Virus record (IMG/VR): IMGVR_UViG_3300044611_002505
Direction: 5' to 3' (one strand)
Length of the DNA: 64,000 nucleotides
Source: an uncultured virus (IMG/VR IMGVR_UViG_3300044611_002505)
Lineage: Duplodnaviria; Heunggongvirae; Uroviricota; Caudoviricetes
Both the position numbers and the translations under genes were made by a program. This document shows positions 47,908-57,446 of this stretch, piece after piece; position 1 is the stretch's first letter; every line of letters starts with the position of its first letter. The notes under the pieces were generated by a model. It worked only from the letters and a program-made list of their open reading frames with translations. It did no database searches and had not been told where the DNA came from.

Positions 47908-48993
47908 ATGTCTGTGATTGAATCTGCCAATCTTTATTACAAAGAAGGCGCCAGCGATAAAGTTTACCACGCCACAATCGAAGATATTGGTGGCAACTAT
48001 GTTGTTAATTTTGCTTATGGTCGAAGGGGAAGTGCTTTAAAGACCGGAAGCAAGACAAATTCGCCTACTTCGCTAAATGAAGCAAAATCTATTTTCACCA
48101 GCCTTATCAAGGAAAAGACCAGTAAGGGCTACCAATATATTGACAAGGCTTCTAACGAAGCAATCAATGTTGTAAGCGATGATTTGCCTGACACTCCCAC
48201 AGAAATTCAATGTGTGTTACTCAATCCTATCGAACAGGATGAAGCAGAGCAGCTTATTGATAATGATGATTGGGCTTTGCAGCATAAGCTTGATGGGGTT
48301 AGGTTTATGCTTGGTAAAAAAGAAAAAGAATCTCTTAATGCTTTTAATCGCAAGGGAAAAAGAACCAATATCCCCACTGTTATTTGGAATTCCATAAACA
48401 GTCTACAGCACAGCTTTTTTATTGATGGAGAATTAATCGGAGAAACTTTCCATGTATTCGATATTCTTGAACATCAAGGAGAGTGTCTACGTAAAAAAAG
48501 CTTTATTGAAAGAATGAAGCATCTCAAGGCTTTGTTTAAGCATATTTCTTCTGAACACATTATATTCACTCCTTTTTATACTGACAAAAAGGAAAAGCGT
48601 AAAATCTACGAAAATCTATTGACAGAGAATCAAGAAGGTGTTGTTTTCAAGCATATTGATGCACACTATTATGTTGGTCGCCCCGCAAGTGGTGGTAAGT
48701 ATCTTAAGCATAAGTTCTACAGCACTTGTAGCTGCGTTGTAACAGCTATTAATAAAAAGCGTAGTGCTGCATTGGGTCTTTATAAGGGTAAGAAGCTTGT
48801 AAAGGCTGGTAACGTTACTATTTCTGTAAATTTTGACATTCCAGAAGTTGGTGATGTGGTTGAGGTAAAGTATCTTTATGCACGAAAGCAATCTGGTGCT
48901 TTGTATCAGCCTATCTACCTTGGAAAAAGAACAGACGTAAATCCTGAAGAATGTCAGCAAACTCAACTTAAGTTTAAAGCTGAAGAAGAGTGA
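47908..48993 (+). CDS. WGR-domain ATP-dependent DNA ligase-like protein
   Basis: SDKVY, YGRRG, KEK..KGY (WGR); KLDGVR, IDGEL, VFD, EGVVFK, K.KF, OB-fold VVEVKY...LYQP.Y...R.D. Confidence 0.85.
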   Translation: MSVIESANLYYKEGASDKVYHATIEDIGGNYVVNFAYGRRGSALKTGSKTNSPTSLNEAKSIFTSLIKEKTSKGYQYIDKASNEAINVVSDDLPDTPTEIQCVLLNPIEQDEAEQLIDNDDWALQHKLDGVRFMLGKKEKESLNAFNRKGKRTNIPTVIWNSINSLQHSFFIDGELIGETFHVFDILEHQGECLRKKSFIERMKHLKALFKHISSEHIIFTPFYTDKKEKRKIYENLLTENQEGVVFKHIDAHYYVGRPASGGKYLKHKFYSTCSCVVTAINKKRSAALGLYKGKKLVKAGNVTISVNFDIPEVGDVVEVKYLYARKQSGALYQPIYLGKRTDVNPEECQQTQLKFKAEEE

Positions 48994-49044
48994 TCTCCAT
49001 GATATCTAAGTCAGAAATTCAGAATTTTATTCATACATATATTC

Positions 49045-49683
49045 ATGGAAACATTCAAGGAATTCTTCGTGTCTAAAACAATCGTTAATTTGAGGGATCA
49101 TTCCTCATTTGATTCGTCTTCGCTATTCAATGAAATGGCGGTGCTGACACCTAATGCGATTAACAAAACACAAAGTGCAATGCAGTTCATCCATGATAAC
49201 AATATCAGCGGAGTTATTATCGGTGGAATTGCTGTGAGTCACTACTCTGATAATCGAGCTTTAACACCCGATGTTGATTTTTTGACTTCAGAAATAGGCA
49301 GTATAAAGTCAGTTCTTCAAAAAAAGGGAATAGCTTTTCAGCCACTTGCTTCCAACGGAGAATTTGGTGGAATTTATGTTCCACAGTTAGATGCTGATTT
49401 TCTTGATGCGGATCAAGGTAATGCACCGCTTAATCACTATATCTTGAAAACGGCAGTTTCTACACAAATCGGTGGAGTCACATTTCCAATCATCAATAAT
49501 GCCGTATTAACTATAATGAAATTCATTATCGGTCGCGATAAAGACACGAGCGATGCTTTCAAATTACTGAAAACAGTTCCGAAAGAAGAACTTAAAATAC
49601 ATCTCAAAAATTTAAAAGATTATTTGCCCGAAGATATGGATGCAAAAACTATTTGGAGTTATGCCAAAGCAATTGGCATGTAA
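49045..49683 (+). CDS. Pol-beta-superfamily nucleotidyltransferase-like protein with CTS-like N-terminus
   Basis: IIGGIAV..Y...T.DVDF, MK...GR.KD..D; starts METFKEFF. Confidence 0.72.
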   Translation: METFKEFFVSKTIVNLRDHSSFDSSSLFNEMAVLTPNAINKTQSAMQFIHDNNISGVIIGGIAVSHYSDNRALTPDVDFLTSEIGSIKSVLQKKGIAFQPLASNGEFGGIYVPQLDADFLDADQGNAPLNHYILKTAVSTQIGGVTFPIINNAVLTIMKFIIGRDKDTSDAFKLLKTVPKEELKIHLKNLKDYLPEDMDAKTIWSYAKAIGM

Positions 49684-50198
49684 ACTTGTCAAAAGAATTT
49701 AATTCTGACTATATTCGTCTTAATTTGTCGAGTGTTTGTGATTTTCCACAAATGTTTATAGATAAATCAAAAGAATTTTATGAGACAGATATTTCAAATC
49801 TTGAAGTAGATGTTAAATATTATGACCATGTTTCAAATAGTCATGGATGCCCAATAAATGGTGTGACTAATTGGGGCGGTAGAATAGAAGGTGCTCCAAG
49901 AAATTATCCCGGTTGGCAAGGTCAAATTTCTTTTTTCGCACAAAACAACAAGAATAAACACATAGACTGTGCAGCAAATATGCTCTTTAATTCACATTCA
50001 TATGGATACGGATTTAGAGGTTTTCACACAGGTGGTGGATGCCCAGGTAGAATTAATGAATACCCAGTTAAAATTGCTTTTTATTTTTTCCTAGAAGATT
50101 TCCCCAAACTGGCTAAAAACAAAGAAAAGTGGAGTTTACTCAAAACTTTTAATAACAAACAGGAATCTTGGGAATCCTTTGCTGCTTTGAAATATTAA
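49653..50198 (+). CDS. Hypothetical phage protein
   Basis: VSNSH.CP..GVTNW, YPGW.G, HTG.G; start uncertain. Confidence 0.55.
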   Translation: MELCQSNWHVNLSKEFNSDYIRLNLSSVCDFPQMFIDKSKEFYETDISNLEVDVKYYDHVSNSHGCPINGVTNWGGRIEGAPRNYPGWQGQISFFAQNNKNKHIDCAANMLFNSHSYGYGFRGFHTGGGCPGRINEYPVKIAFYFFLEDFPKLAKNKEKWSLLKTFNNKQESWESFAALKY

Positions 50199-50220
50199 GA
50201 TACACCGACTAAATATAGTC

Positions 50221-51153
50221 ATGCTTAAGTTTTTAATCATTGTCGTTGCCATAGTCTTTTCAAGTCCTATTTTTGCACAAGATAAAACAGGGTTTGCAAT
50301 AGATGTTAACGCAAACAATATAGCCGGTCTTTTCACAATGACAGATGAAAACGGCAGATTAAGAAATCTAGATTTAATGGAAGGTGTTTTTAAAGATGGC
50401 TCTCTTGGTTTTAAATCTGAGAGATATCACAATGTTCCATCTAATTTTATATATTCAAAAATGGCTGATATGGCTTCAAAGCTTGATGACAATGGAACTT
50501 TACTACTATATCTGAATAGTCATGGAGGAGGAAGTGGAAATAGATTTATAATGACTTCTTCTGATGGCAATTTTAGATTTAGCAAAGCAATTGCAGCAAT
50601 AGCTAAGGTTAAAACCGTTAGAAGATTGGTATTTCTAGTTGATACTTGTCATGCCGCCGGAAGCATTCAGGAAAGCTTAAAAGAAGACGGTCAATTATTA
50701 AGAGATATTCGGTTGGCTGTACCGACAGATTATCTTCCTGAAATGCCCAATAGATTTTCTTTTAAAATTAAGCCTTTTGCTGGAATATTCAGTTTAAAGA
50801 ATGATGAAATAGATTTTTGTGAAGATAGTGGTGCTTACGAAGAAATTCTCATCATCAGTTCTTCAAGTGTTGAAGATCTTTCTACAAGAGGAGTTTTTGC
50901 TTCAAGATTATCTTCAACATTCAATGCTGTGAAAGAAGACAAAGAAATAACTCTGTCTCAATTTTTAAAGAAATTCGCAGATAGCCACGGTAACAGCGGA
51001 CAACAACCATATTATAAGGTTTTGCCAAATAGATCTATGTTGAGTGAGTTTTTGTTTGGTCCATTGGCTGCACAACAAATCCCAGTTAAAAATTACTCTT
51101 CAGATGGCTTAAAAGATTTTTCTCCAAATTACATTCTCTACCCAGCAAAATAG
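50221..51153 (+). CDS. Exported caspase-like (clan CD) peptidase
   Basis: Signal peptide; LLYLNSHGG (His) and FLVDTCHAA (Cys) dyad; G.F, QQP. Confidence 0.72.
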   Translation: MLKFLIIVVAIVFSSPIFAQDKTGFAIDVNANNIAGLFTMTDENGRLRNLDLMEGVFKDGSLGFKSERYHNVPSNFIYSKMADMASKLDDNGTLLLYLNSHGGGSGNRFIMTSSDGNFRFSKAIAAIAKVKTVRRLVFLVDTCHAAGSIQESLKEDGQLLRDIRLAVPTDYLPEMPNRFSFKIKPFAGIFSLKNDEIDFCEDSGAYEEILIISSSSVEDLSTRGVFASRLSSTFNAVKEDKEITLSQFLKKFADSHGNSGQQPYYKVLPNRSMLSEFLFGPLAAQQIPVKNYSSDGLKDFSPNYILYPAK

Positions 51154-51179
51154 CAAAATATCTTCGAGAATATATTATT

Positions 51180-51386
51180 ATGATGATTGGCGAAATCAAA
51201 AAGTGGGCTAAATCTTTGGAATATGATGTCAAAAATTCTAAAGAAGGCGGATATAGCTGGAAATATATTGGCGATGAAGAATATTCACGCTCAGAAGATG
51301 TGGACTCTTTAGCCAAAGATATTTTCAACCATCTAACAAAAGGCAAGTGGAAAGACTACCAAGAAAAGTTCCAGAAACTTGCTTGA
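51180..51386 (+). CDS. Small hypothetical protein
   Basis: 68-aa ORF. Confidence 0.55.
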   Translation: MMIGEIKKWAKSLEYDVKNSKEGGYSWKYIGDEEYSRSEDVDSLAKDIFNHLTKGKWKDYQEKFQKLA

Positions 51387-51458
51387 CAACCACTTGCCTG
51401 CTACCTTAGTATGTGCGTTTGTGTTCTTATGTTTTTGTTCTAACCCAAGGAGACGATT

Positions 51459-51800
51459 GTGAAGACTAAGCTTTCCAAAGCCGATATGACCGCCAGAAAC
51501 AAGCAGATTTTTGAGATGCGTAAGAATGGCGCTACTCAAAATGAGATAGCAGAAAAGTTCGGAGTATCAGCCCCAAGAATCGGGCAAATACTTTCTAATT
51601 ATAAAAAGCCTTACAAAAGCATGAAGAAAAAGGCTTTGTCTGTTATTGATGAGGTTGCATTTAAGAATAAGCAGACTTTAACGCAAATGGCTAAGAATGG
51701 TGAAGCTAGACCAATCAGTGTGAACCATCTTGTTTCTGCTATTATTAAGTGTGATATGGACGCCAATGCTAAACTAGAACTTTTGAAGAATTTTTTCTAA
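51459..51800 (+). CDS. HTH (sigma region-4-like) protein
   Basis: RN.QIFEMR..GATQ.EIAEKFGVS..RIGQIL; AGGAG RBS. Confidence 0.78.
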   Translation: MKTKLSKADMTARNKQIFEMRKNGATQNEIAEKFGVSAPRIGQILSNYKKPYKSMKKKALSVIDEVAFKNKQTLTQMAKNGEARPISVNHLVSAIIKCDMDANAKLELLKNFF

Positions 51801-51821
51801 ACTTTTAGGAAAGGATTTCCT

Positions 51822-52388
51822 GTGGAAGATAAAAAGACTTTATCAGACTTGGGTAAATCCCTATCTATAGATTGCAGTGATGTTGTTTTGGAAAGCAGAC
51901 AAGATTTAAATGATTTGCTTTCCGAAAAAGATTTGATTTTTGTGAAACAATATCTTCTCCAAAAAGGAGCCAAAGATATTAAAGAAACCCCAAACGAGGA
52001 TGAAAATATGAACGCTTTGAAGATTTGCAAAAGAGGAATTACTGGAGCTAAGAATAGACAAGAGGTTTACAATCTGGTTAAGTCTATGATCAGAGACAAT
52101 CCTTTGAAGCCTGGATTTAAAACCGGCTATAAAGAAGTTGCCTCTTATTTAAACAAGCACGGATACAGAGACTCCAATGGTTATAGGTGGAAGGTAAAAA
52201 CCTTAGTTGATTTTTACCATCACTACAACGAAAACAAGACAACAACTAAAATTAAGGCTTCCAAGTCACCTAAAGCTGTTGCAATAAAGCCCACGCATAA
52301 GTTGCAGGATCTTGTTAAGTGCATAATCGATTCGAACCTAGATAGTGATTTGAAGTTAAAGCTTATCCCTCTTGTTTTGAAAGGATAG
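51822..52388 (+). CDS. Protein with recombinase-type DNA-binding segment
   Basis: GY.EVA.YLN..GYR...G..W; alternative start at 52008. Confidence 0.55.
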   Translation: MEDKKTLSDLGKSLSIDCSDVVLESRQDLNDLLSEKDLIFVKQYLLQKGAKDIKETPNEDENMNALKICKRGITGAKNRQEVYNLVKSMIRDNPLKPGFKTGYKEVASYLNKHGYRDSNGYRWKVKTLVDFYHHYNENKTTTKIKASKSPKAVAIKPTHKLQDLVKCIIDSNLDSDLKLKLIPLVLKG

Positions 52389-52410
52389 TATAGAATAAGA
52401 TAGATTAAAA

Positions 52411-52698
52411 ATGTTAAAAGAAGAAATTAACCACATTGTTGAAAATGTGTTCAAAGATAATCTCAAAAATGAAGTCATGGAGATCATAGACCTAGTTTTT
52501 AAAACAAACAAACATGAGAATCATTTTAAGTTTATTCAAAATCACTATGATCTCGGAAGCGAAAACTCCTCACAACAAATCCACATCAGGATTGATTATA
52601 TAAAATCGCTTTTAATCAAAGAAGGTTTAATGAAGAATAGCAGCGAAGATTATTTTGGAAAAATGGAAATATTAGATCTAGATCAGACAAACCTCTAG
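52411..52698 (+). CDS. Hypothetical protein
   Basis: 95-aa ORF. Confidence 0.5.
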   Translation: MLKEEINHIVENVFKDNLKNEVMEIIDLVFKTNKHENHFKFIQNHYDLGSENSSQQIHIRIDYIKSLLIKEGLMKNSSEDYFGKMEILDLDQTNL

Positions 52699-52848
52699 AT
52701 TTGTCTGATAAACAAAAAAATTTTCTATGATGCAAAAATATTTCTACCAGTCGCTTGCCTTTTGCTTTTGATCGTATATCTTTGAAGCAGAAACAAGATC
52801 AATGTTGTTCTTGTGGAAAGAAAGAAACCGCCAACTAGGAGAAACCAG

Positions 52849-53109
52849 ATGGCAACCGTCAAAAAATCTGATTCTGAAAAAAGGTCATATGTTTCGATAG
52901 AAGATTTCATTCGGGCGTATGAAGACACTCGAAATGAGTCTGTGGCAGAAGTTGCAGAGAAATTAGGCATCAAGCCACCAGCAGTTAGCCTTCGTGCAAG
53001 TAAGCTGCGTAAAGAGGGTGTTGAACTGAGAAAGTTCGCACGTGGTGGTCGTCCAAGTGTCGTTGAAAAAGCCAAGGAAATTCTTGCTCAAATTCGTCGG
53101 GGCAGGTAA
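52849..53109 (+). CDS. Small HTH DNA-binding protein
   Basis: SVAEVAEKLGIK..AVS.RASKLRK.GV.L; AGGAG RBS. Confidence 0.75.
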   Translation: MATVKKSDSEKRSYVSIEDFIRAYEDTRNESVAEVAEKLGIKPPAVSLRASKLRKEGVELRKFARGGRPSVVEKAKEILAQIRRGR

Positions 53110-53133
53110 TTCTTCCGATCTGTCAGTCTCTTT

Positions 53134-53175
53134 AAACCCCTGCTGGAACTAAAATGTCCAGCAGGGGTTTTTTTT
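53134..53175 (+). terminator. Rho-independent terminator
   Basis: AAACCCCTGCTGGA/TCCAGCAGGGGTTT + T-run. Confidence 0.82.
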
Positions 53176-53182
53176 GTCGTTG

Positions 53183-53202
53183 TTGTTTCTTTGTGGTACG
53201 CT
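53183..53202 (+). promoter_or_regulatory. GGTACGCT module-head motif
   Basis: TTGTTTCTTTGTGGTACGCT, immediately after a terminator. Confidence 0.7.
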
Positions 53203-53219
53203 CGGTGGCTGGAGGATGT

Positions 53220-53399
53220 ATGACAAAAGAAGAGTTGAAAGAATCAAAGACAAAACAAGAAGATATTGAAAAGGCTAAGATTCAAATTGAAGAAATCGAA
53301 TATCTAAATCATATTTGCGAAGAATATGAATCTTGTGTGCTGTATGATGAATACAGCAATGATGAAGAGGGGTATATTCAAACGGTTAGCAAAAAGTAA
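53220..53399 (+). CDS. Small acidic protein
   Basis: GGAGG RBS; MTKEELKES... Confidence 0.55.
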   Translation: MTKEELKESKTKQEDIEKAKIQIEEIEYLNHICEEYESCVLYDEYSNDEEGYIQTVSKK

Positions 53400-53403
53400 A
53401 CAT

Positions 53404-53431
53404 TTGACAAATTTTTGAAAAAACGTATAAT
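53404..53431 (+). promoter_or_regulatory. Consensus sigma70 promoter
   Basis: TTGACA-16 nt-TATAAT before AGGAG RBS. Confidence 0.75.
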
Positions 53432-53451
53432 GTTTTGCAAGGAGTGCTAAA

Positions 53452-53772
53452 ATGCCGTATATTGATAAAAAAAGACGAGAAAAACTTGATGAATCTATCT
53501 TAGATTTAAGATCTGCTATTGAGAAGCAGGTAAATAGCGAATCATCCTACGGTCTATCACCAGAACAAATATTGGAAATATCTGGTGATTTGAATTATTG
53601 CATAAGCAGAATTTGTGCTGGTTTAATTGGTTCGCCTTCTTATAAAAAGATTGCTGTTGTCACAGGTGTTCTTGAGAATGTTAACCAAGAACTTTATAGA
53701 AGGCTTGCCAGCACTTATGAAGATGAAAAAATAGAATCAAATGGCGATATTCCAGAATACAAAAATTACTAA
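53452..53772 (+). CDS. Conserved phage protein (DUF6899-like)
   Basis: MPYI....R, GDLNY, G.LE...ELYRR....YED.KI..NGD. Confidence 0.7.
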   Translation: MPYIDKKRREKLDESILDLRSAIEKQVNSESSYGLSPEQILEISGDLNYCISRICAGLIGSPSYKKIAVVTGVLENVNQELYRRLASTYEDEKIESNGDIPEYKNY

Positions 53773-53775
53773 TAG

Positions 53776-53795
53776 AAGTTTCTTTGTGGTACGCT
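53776..53795 (+). promoter_or_regulatory. GGTACGCT module-head motif
   Basis: AAGTTTCTTTGTGGTACGCT. Confidence 0.7.
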
Positions 53796-53838
53796 GTTCG
53801 GTTGTGCGAGAGAGAGCCGACAATAAATAGGAGATAAG

Positions 53839-53949
53839 ATGCCTGCAACCGCCCCGCCGCCGGTAAAAACCCCGGCAAAGACGCCACAGACACCCACAAG
53901 CCCCTTTAAGGCACCCCGCCCAGCGGTAATGCCGGAGCCTAAGAACTGA
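53839..53949 (+). CDS. 36-aa proline-rich peptide (below ORF-track cutoff)
   Basis: AGGAG RBS; MPATAPPPVKTPAKTPQTPTSPFKAPRPAVMPEPKN; TGATG overlap with next gene. Confidence 0.65.
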   Translation: MPATAPPPVKTPAKTPQTPTSPFKAPRPAVMPEPKN

Positions 53950-55004
53950 TGTATAGCAATAGTTTGCACGTTAATCCGAAAATTAGAAATTTTTGGAAAG
54001 ATTTGAAGAAGAATGAAAGCAATTTTCATGTTTTCAAGAAAAACAGGAATCTTGTTTACTTTGGCGATGATCTTTCTCAAAAGAGTTATGAGTTTGTTGA
54101 TGATCGAATAAAGAATCTTGGGATCAATTTTGATTTCAATTCTTTGACAAACAAGTTCATTGCTGCTCTTCAAGAAGAAAGTGGTAATGAGGATGTTCTT
54201 AAAGAACTCGCGGTTAAAGCTGTGAGTGAGGCTTTTGAGATCCCAGAAGATATTTTGGAAGCTCACCTCAATAAAGAAGACATCGATGTTAATTCGACCG
54301 ATGAAGCGTTCCCAGAAGAAGATTATGATTACGATTCGCTTTCACAATCTTTGAAGGATAGCATCAACAAAAGAATTCTTTTGAATTGTATTACTCAAGG
54401 TGCAAGCATTCATGCTTTTTATACGATGCACCACCTTGTCAAAAGTGATTTGGAAAAGATTTCAGAAGATATAATTGGTATTTATGATGAGGTAAGCGTT
54501 GGAACTGTTTACACATATTGGAAGATTGATTATTCTTCCATGCTTGAAAGTTCTGCCAATTTGGATATGCTTGTTCAGGGCAGTTCAAAAGTAGAGTATG
54601 GTGAGAATGAAAATGATAATCCAAAAGTAGTGGCAAAGGCAAGAACGTTTGTTGTTCTTTGTCAAGAACTTGTTAAGGGCGCTATTGAACTGATTAATCT
54701 TAATGGTCTAAAAGATTTAGACGAGGAAGAACTCAAAACAATATACGCTTTTGCAGATAAGCGTGTAGATGAGCCCAGGTATATTCAAATCTCAAGTGAA
54801 ATTTGGCGGAAGGTTCTGGCTTTTATCAAGGTTTATAAGGATGAGGTTGGAAAGATTTCAATTCCTGATCTTCTTATGAAGATCAGTTTGTTGAATCCAA
54901 AAGATATTGAAGATTTCTTTGAACATATGATTTCTGGCGATAATACTCAAGCAATTAATTTTCTTAATACCAACGAAGGAGTTATTTCTAATGAAGATTT
55001 CTAA
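53949..55004 (+). CDS. Hypothetical large-phage protein
   Basis: 351 aa; KR..LN.I.QGA, L.QELVKG..E segments. Confidence 0.7.
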   Translation: MYSNSLHVNPKIRNFWKDLKKNESNFHVFKKNRNLVYFGDDLSQKSYEFVDDRIKNLGINFDFNSLTNKFIAALQEESGNEDVLKELAVKAVSEAFEIPEDILEAHLNKEDIDVNSTDEAFPEEDYDYDSLSQSLKDSINKRILLNCITQGASIHAFYTMHHLVKSDLEKISEDIIGIYDEVSVGTVYTYWKIDYSSMLESSANLDMLVQGSSKVEYGENENDNPKVVAKARTFVVLCQELVKGAIELINLNGLKDLDEEELKTIYAFADKRVDEPRYIQISSEIWRKVLAFIKVYKDEVGKISIPDLLMKISLLNPKDIEDFFEHMISGDNTQAINFLNTNEGVISNEDF

Positions 55005-57162
55005 TAACGGCTCTGTTCTCGATACAAACAACAATAACGCAGACAGCCTTGAATTCGGTATTGGTGATGTTAGCACCATCATTGATATTCTTCGGAACAG
55101 GCTTTATTCAAATCCAATTCGCACTCTGACTCAGGAATATCTTTGTAACGGCAGAGACAGTCATCGTGATGCTGGTAGTGCTAATGTTCCTTTAAGGGTT
55201 ACTCTGCCAACAAAGCTTGACAGCGTTCTTAAGATTAGAGATTTTGGAACAGGTTTGTCTCCGGATCGTGTTAAGGATGTTTTCGTTCTTTATGGAAGCA
55301 GCACCAAGCGTAAGGATAATGTTCAAACTGGTGGTTTTGGTATTGGTGCAAAAAGCGCATGGGCTTATACAGACAGCTTTGTTGTTGTGAGCTACCATGA
55401 CGGTAAGTGTCGAACTTATATCGCTCATACTGGCAAGAATAGCAACGGCACCCTTGAACTCATCAATGAAGTTGATTCAACCGAGCCCAATGGCGTTGAA
55501 ATTCAGGTTCCGGTCAAGGAGTGTGATATTGAGCAGTTTGTTTCTGCTGTTTATCGCTGCACTTATTTTTGGGATGTTAAGCCTGAGTTGAAGGGAATTA
55601 CGAATATTGAAATTCCTGCATCTTGGCTTGCAGGAAGTGATAAGATTCTTTACAAGAAAGATAATTGGTTTCTTCTTGAAAAGGACGATCTTGTTAAGCG
55701 TCTTTTTGACTCATACAACCAGGACATTTATGTTCTGATTGATAAGATCCCATACAGCATCAATAAGTTTTCTCGGGAATGTCCTGAGGTTGAAAAGCTT
55801 AAGTCTGCTTCATATGCAGCTCACATGAGCTTTATTGAAGTTGGCAACGGTGTTCTTGAAGTTTCTGCTACTCGGGAAAGCATTTCCGACAAGGAAGGCA
55901 GCAAGCACAAGGTAAATGAGATTTGTGAAGAGGCAAGAAAGTCTCTTTATTCTTGTGTGGAAGAGCAGTTTGAAAAAGATTTCAAGGACATTCCATCTTA
56001 TATTAACTTCTACTTTAAGCTTAAGGCTACATTCAATCTTGCGAATTTTCCCAAGACTTTGGATGTTGCTTTTAAGAAGAATGGATGTTCTTACAAGCTT
56101 CTTTCTAACGGAAAGATTGAATCATCCAGCTTTACTGGTTGTACGGTTGAGCGATATAACATCAAGCGTCAAAAGACTAGGCGAATTCTTAATCGTGTTG
56201 GAAATGCCGAAATTCATTTTGGCGAAGAAAAAGTTAAGTTTATTCTTGTCAACGAAGATAAGAATGGACGGCATGTCCCTGAATATGTTTTCAAGGAAAA
56301 GATTAAGAAGCTTTTCTATGATGATGAAACTCTGTCCTATGTTTATGTAATTAATCATTACACGGAAGAGCAAAGGAATAATCTCAAGGATCATCTTGAG
56401 GCTATCTACATCACCGACATTCAGCTTGATAAGCCTGCCTATAAAGCCAAGAAGGAAAGCGGCACTGTCAGCATCAGGTATATTAAGCCGGCTGATCATC
56501 GCTACGGATATAGGCATGGTAAGCTTGAATCTGATAGCAAGGAGGATGTAACTTTAGAGTCTATTGAGTCCAGTGCTCATAATTATATTTCTGTTCCTTT
56601 CTCGGGTTCAGAAGAGTATGATTTCGATAATCCTATCTTTGTTGAAAATATCAAGTTTCTTATTGAGCATGGTAAATACAAAATCATTAAGCTCAGTAAG
56701 AGAGATTATGATGCTGTGAATACCCTTGATAATGTTATGGAATATTCTGATGTTGCCGAAGCCATCAGTGATCATGTTGAAATTGACGACAAGATTATTG
56801 AAGACTTTGTTTTCAAGCAGGCAAGCAATACTTTTGAGCCTTTGAGGAAGTCTCTCGACAAGATCAAGTGTGATAAGATTGCGGAATATTTCCGGATCAA
56901 GGGTCAGGCTCCTGCTGATAATAGAAGGAATGCAACCACTATTCCCGATAGGATTCTTGCAATGTATCCATACTATTCTAAGGTCAACGATAATGTAAAG
57001 AAGATTGCAAAGCTTGAAGAGGAGATCACTCAGAAGTATCCTCTAATGAAGCAGCTTAGTTATATCGTTGGCGGATACTACGGCAATCACACAGATCGCA
57101 ATAAAGAGCTTAATGAGTTTGTATTTTATCTTAATGCCAAGCATGGCAAGGTGGCTTCGTGA
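54991..57162 (+). CDS. rIIA: rIIA-like protein (GHKL/HATPase N-terminus)
   Basis: LYSNPIR...EY..N..DSH, IRDFGTGLS, YGSSTKR, GGFGIGAKS..AYTDSF, SATRE.I. Confidence 0.82.
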   Translation: MKISNNGSVLDTNNNNADSLEFGIGDVSTIIDILRNRLYSNPIRTLTQEYLCNGRDSHRDAGSANVPLRVTLPTKLDSVLKIRDFGTGLSPDRVKDVFVLYGSSTKRKDNVQTGGFGIGAKSAWAYTDSFVVVSYHDGKCRTYIAHTGKNSNGTLELINEVDSTEPNGVEIQVPVKECDIEQFVSAVYRCTYFWDVKPELKGITNIEIPASWLAGSDKILYKKDNWFLLEKDDLVKRLFDSYNQDIYVLIDKIPYSINKFSRECPEVEKLKSASYAAHMSFIEVGNGVLEVSATRESISDKEGSKHKVNEICEEARKSLYSCVEEQFEKDFKDIPSYINFYFKLKATFNLANFPKTLDVAFKKNGCSYKLLSNGKIESSSFTGCTVERYNIKRQKTRRILNRVGNAEIHFGEEKVKFILVNEDKNGRHVPEYVFKEKIKKLFYDDETLSYVYVINHYTEEQRNNLKDHLEAIYITDIQLDKPAYKAKKESGTVSIRYIKPADHRYGYRHGKLESDSKEDVTLESIESSAHNYISVPFSGSEEYDFDNPIFVENIKFLIEHGKYKIIKLSKRDYDAVNTLDNVMEYSDVAEAISDHVEIDDKIIEDFVFKQASNTFEPLRKSLDKIKCDKIAEYFRIKGQAPADNRRNATTIPDRILAMYPYYSKVNDNVKKIAKLEEEITQKYPLMKQLSYIVGGYYGNHTDRNKELNEFVFYLNAKHGKVAS

Positions 57163-57446
57163 TGAACTATAAAAAGTGGGAGATTTGTTATCGAGGATCT
57201 CTTGGTAAATGGGCGGAGCGTTTAAAAGAAAAAGATGAAAATAAGATTGCAGATGGTTTATTTAAAAGATATCTTGATGCAAAGAAGAAACTAAATTCTT
57301 TGATCGACGAGATAAATAAGCTTGAAACAGACGCAGAATCAACGTATCTTTTACTGAACGCCGTTCCGCATAGTATGTCTGAAAGCGAAAATGCTGTTTT
57401 TCTTAAAGAATTAATTGTTTATATCAACTCAAAGGAAGAAAAATGA
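57159..57446 (+). CDS. Hypothetical protein resembling the rIIA C-terminal helices
   Basis: Ends ...LKELIVYINSK, similar to rIIA ...LNEFVFYLNAK. Confidence 0.55.
   Translation: MMNYKKWEICYRGSLGKWAERLKEKDENKIADGLFKRYLDAKKKLNSLIDEINKLETDAESTYLLLNAVPHSMSESENAVFLKELIVYINSKEEK

Noticed and set aside
53769..54266. 165-aa minus-strand ORF and many other 60-150 aa ORFs nested in longer genes
   Set aside because: They overlap better-supported + strand genes, with no RBS or recognisable motifs.
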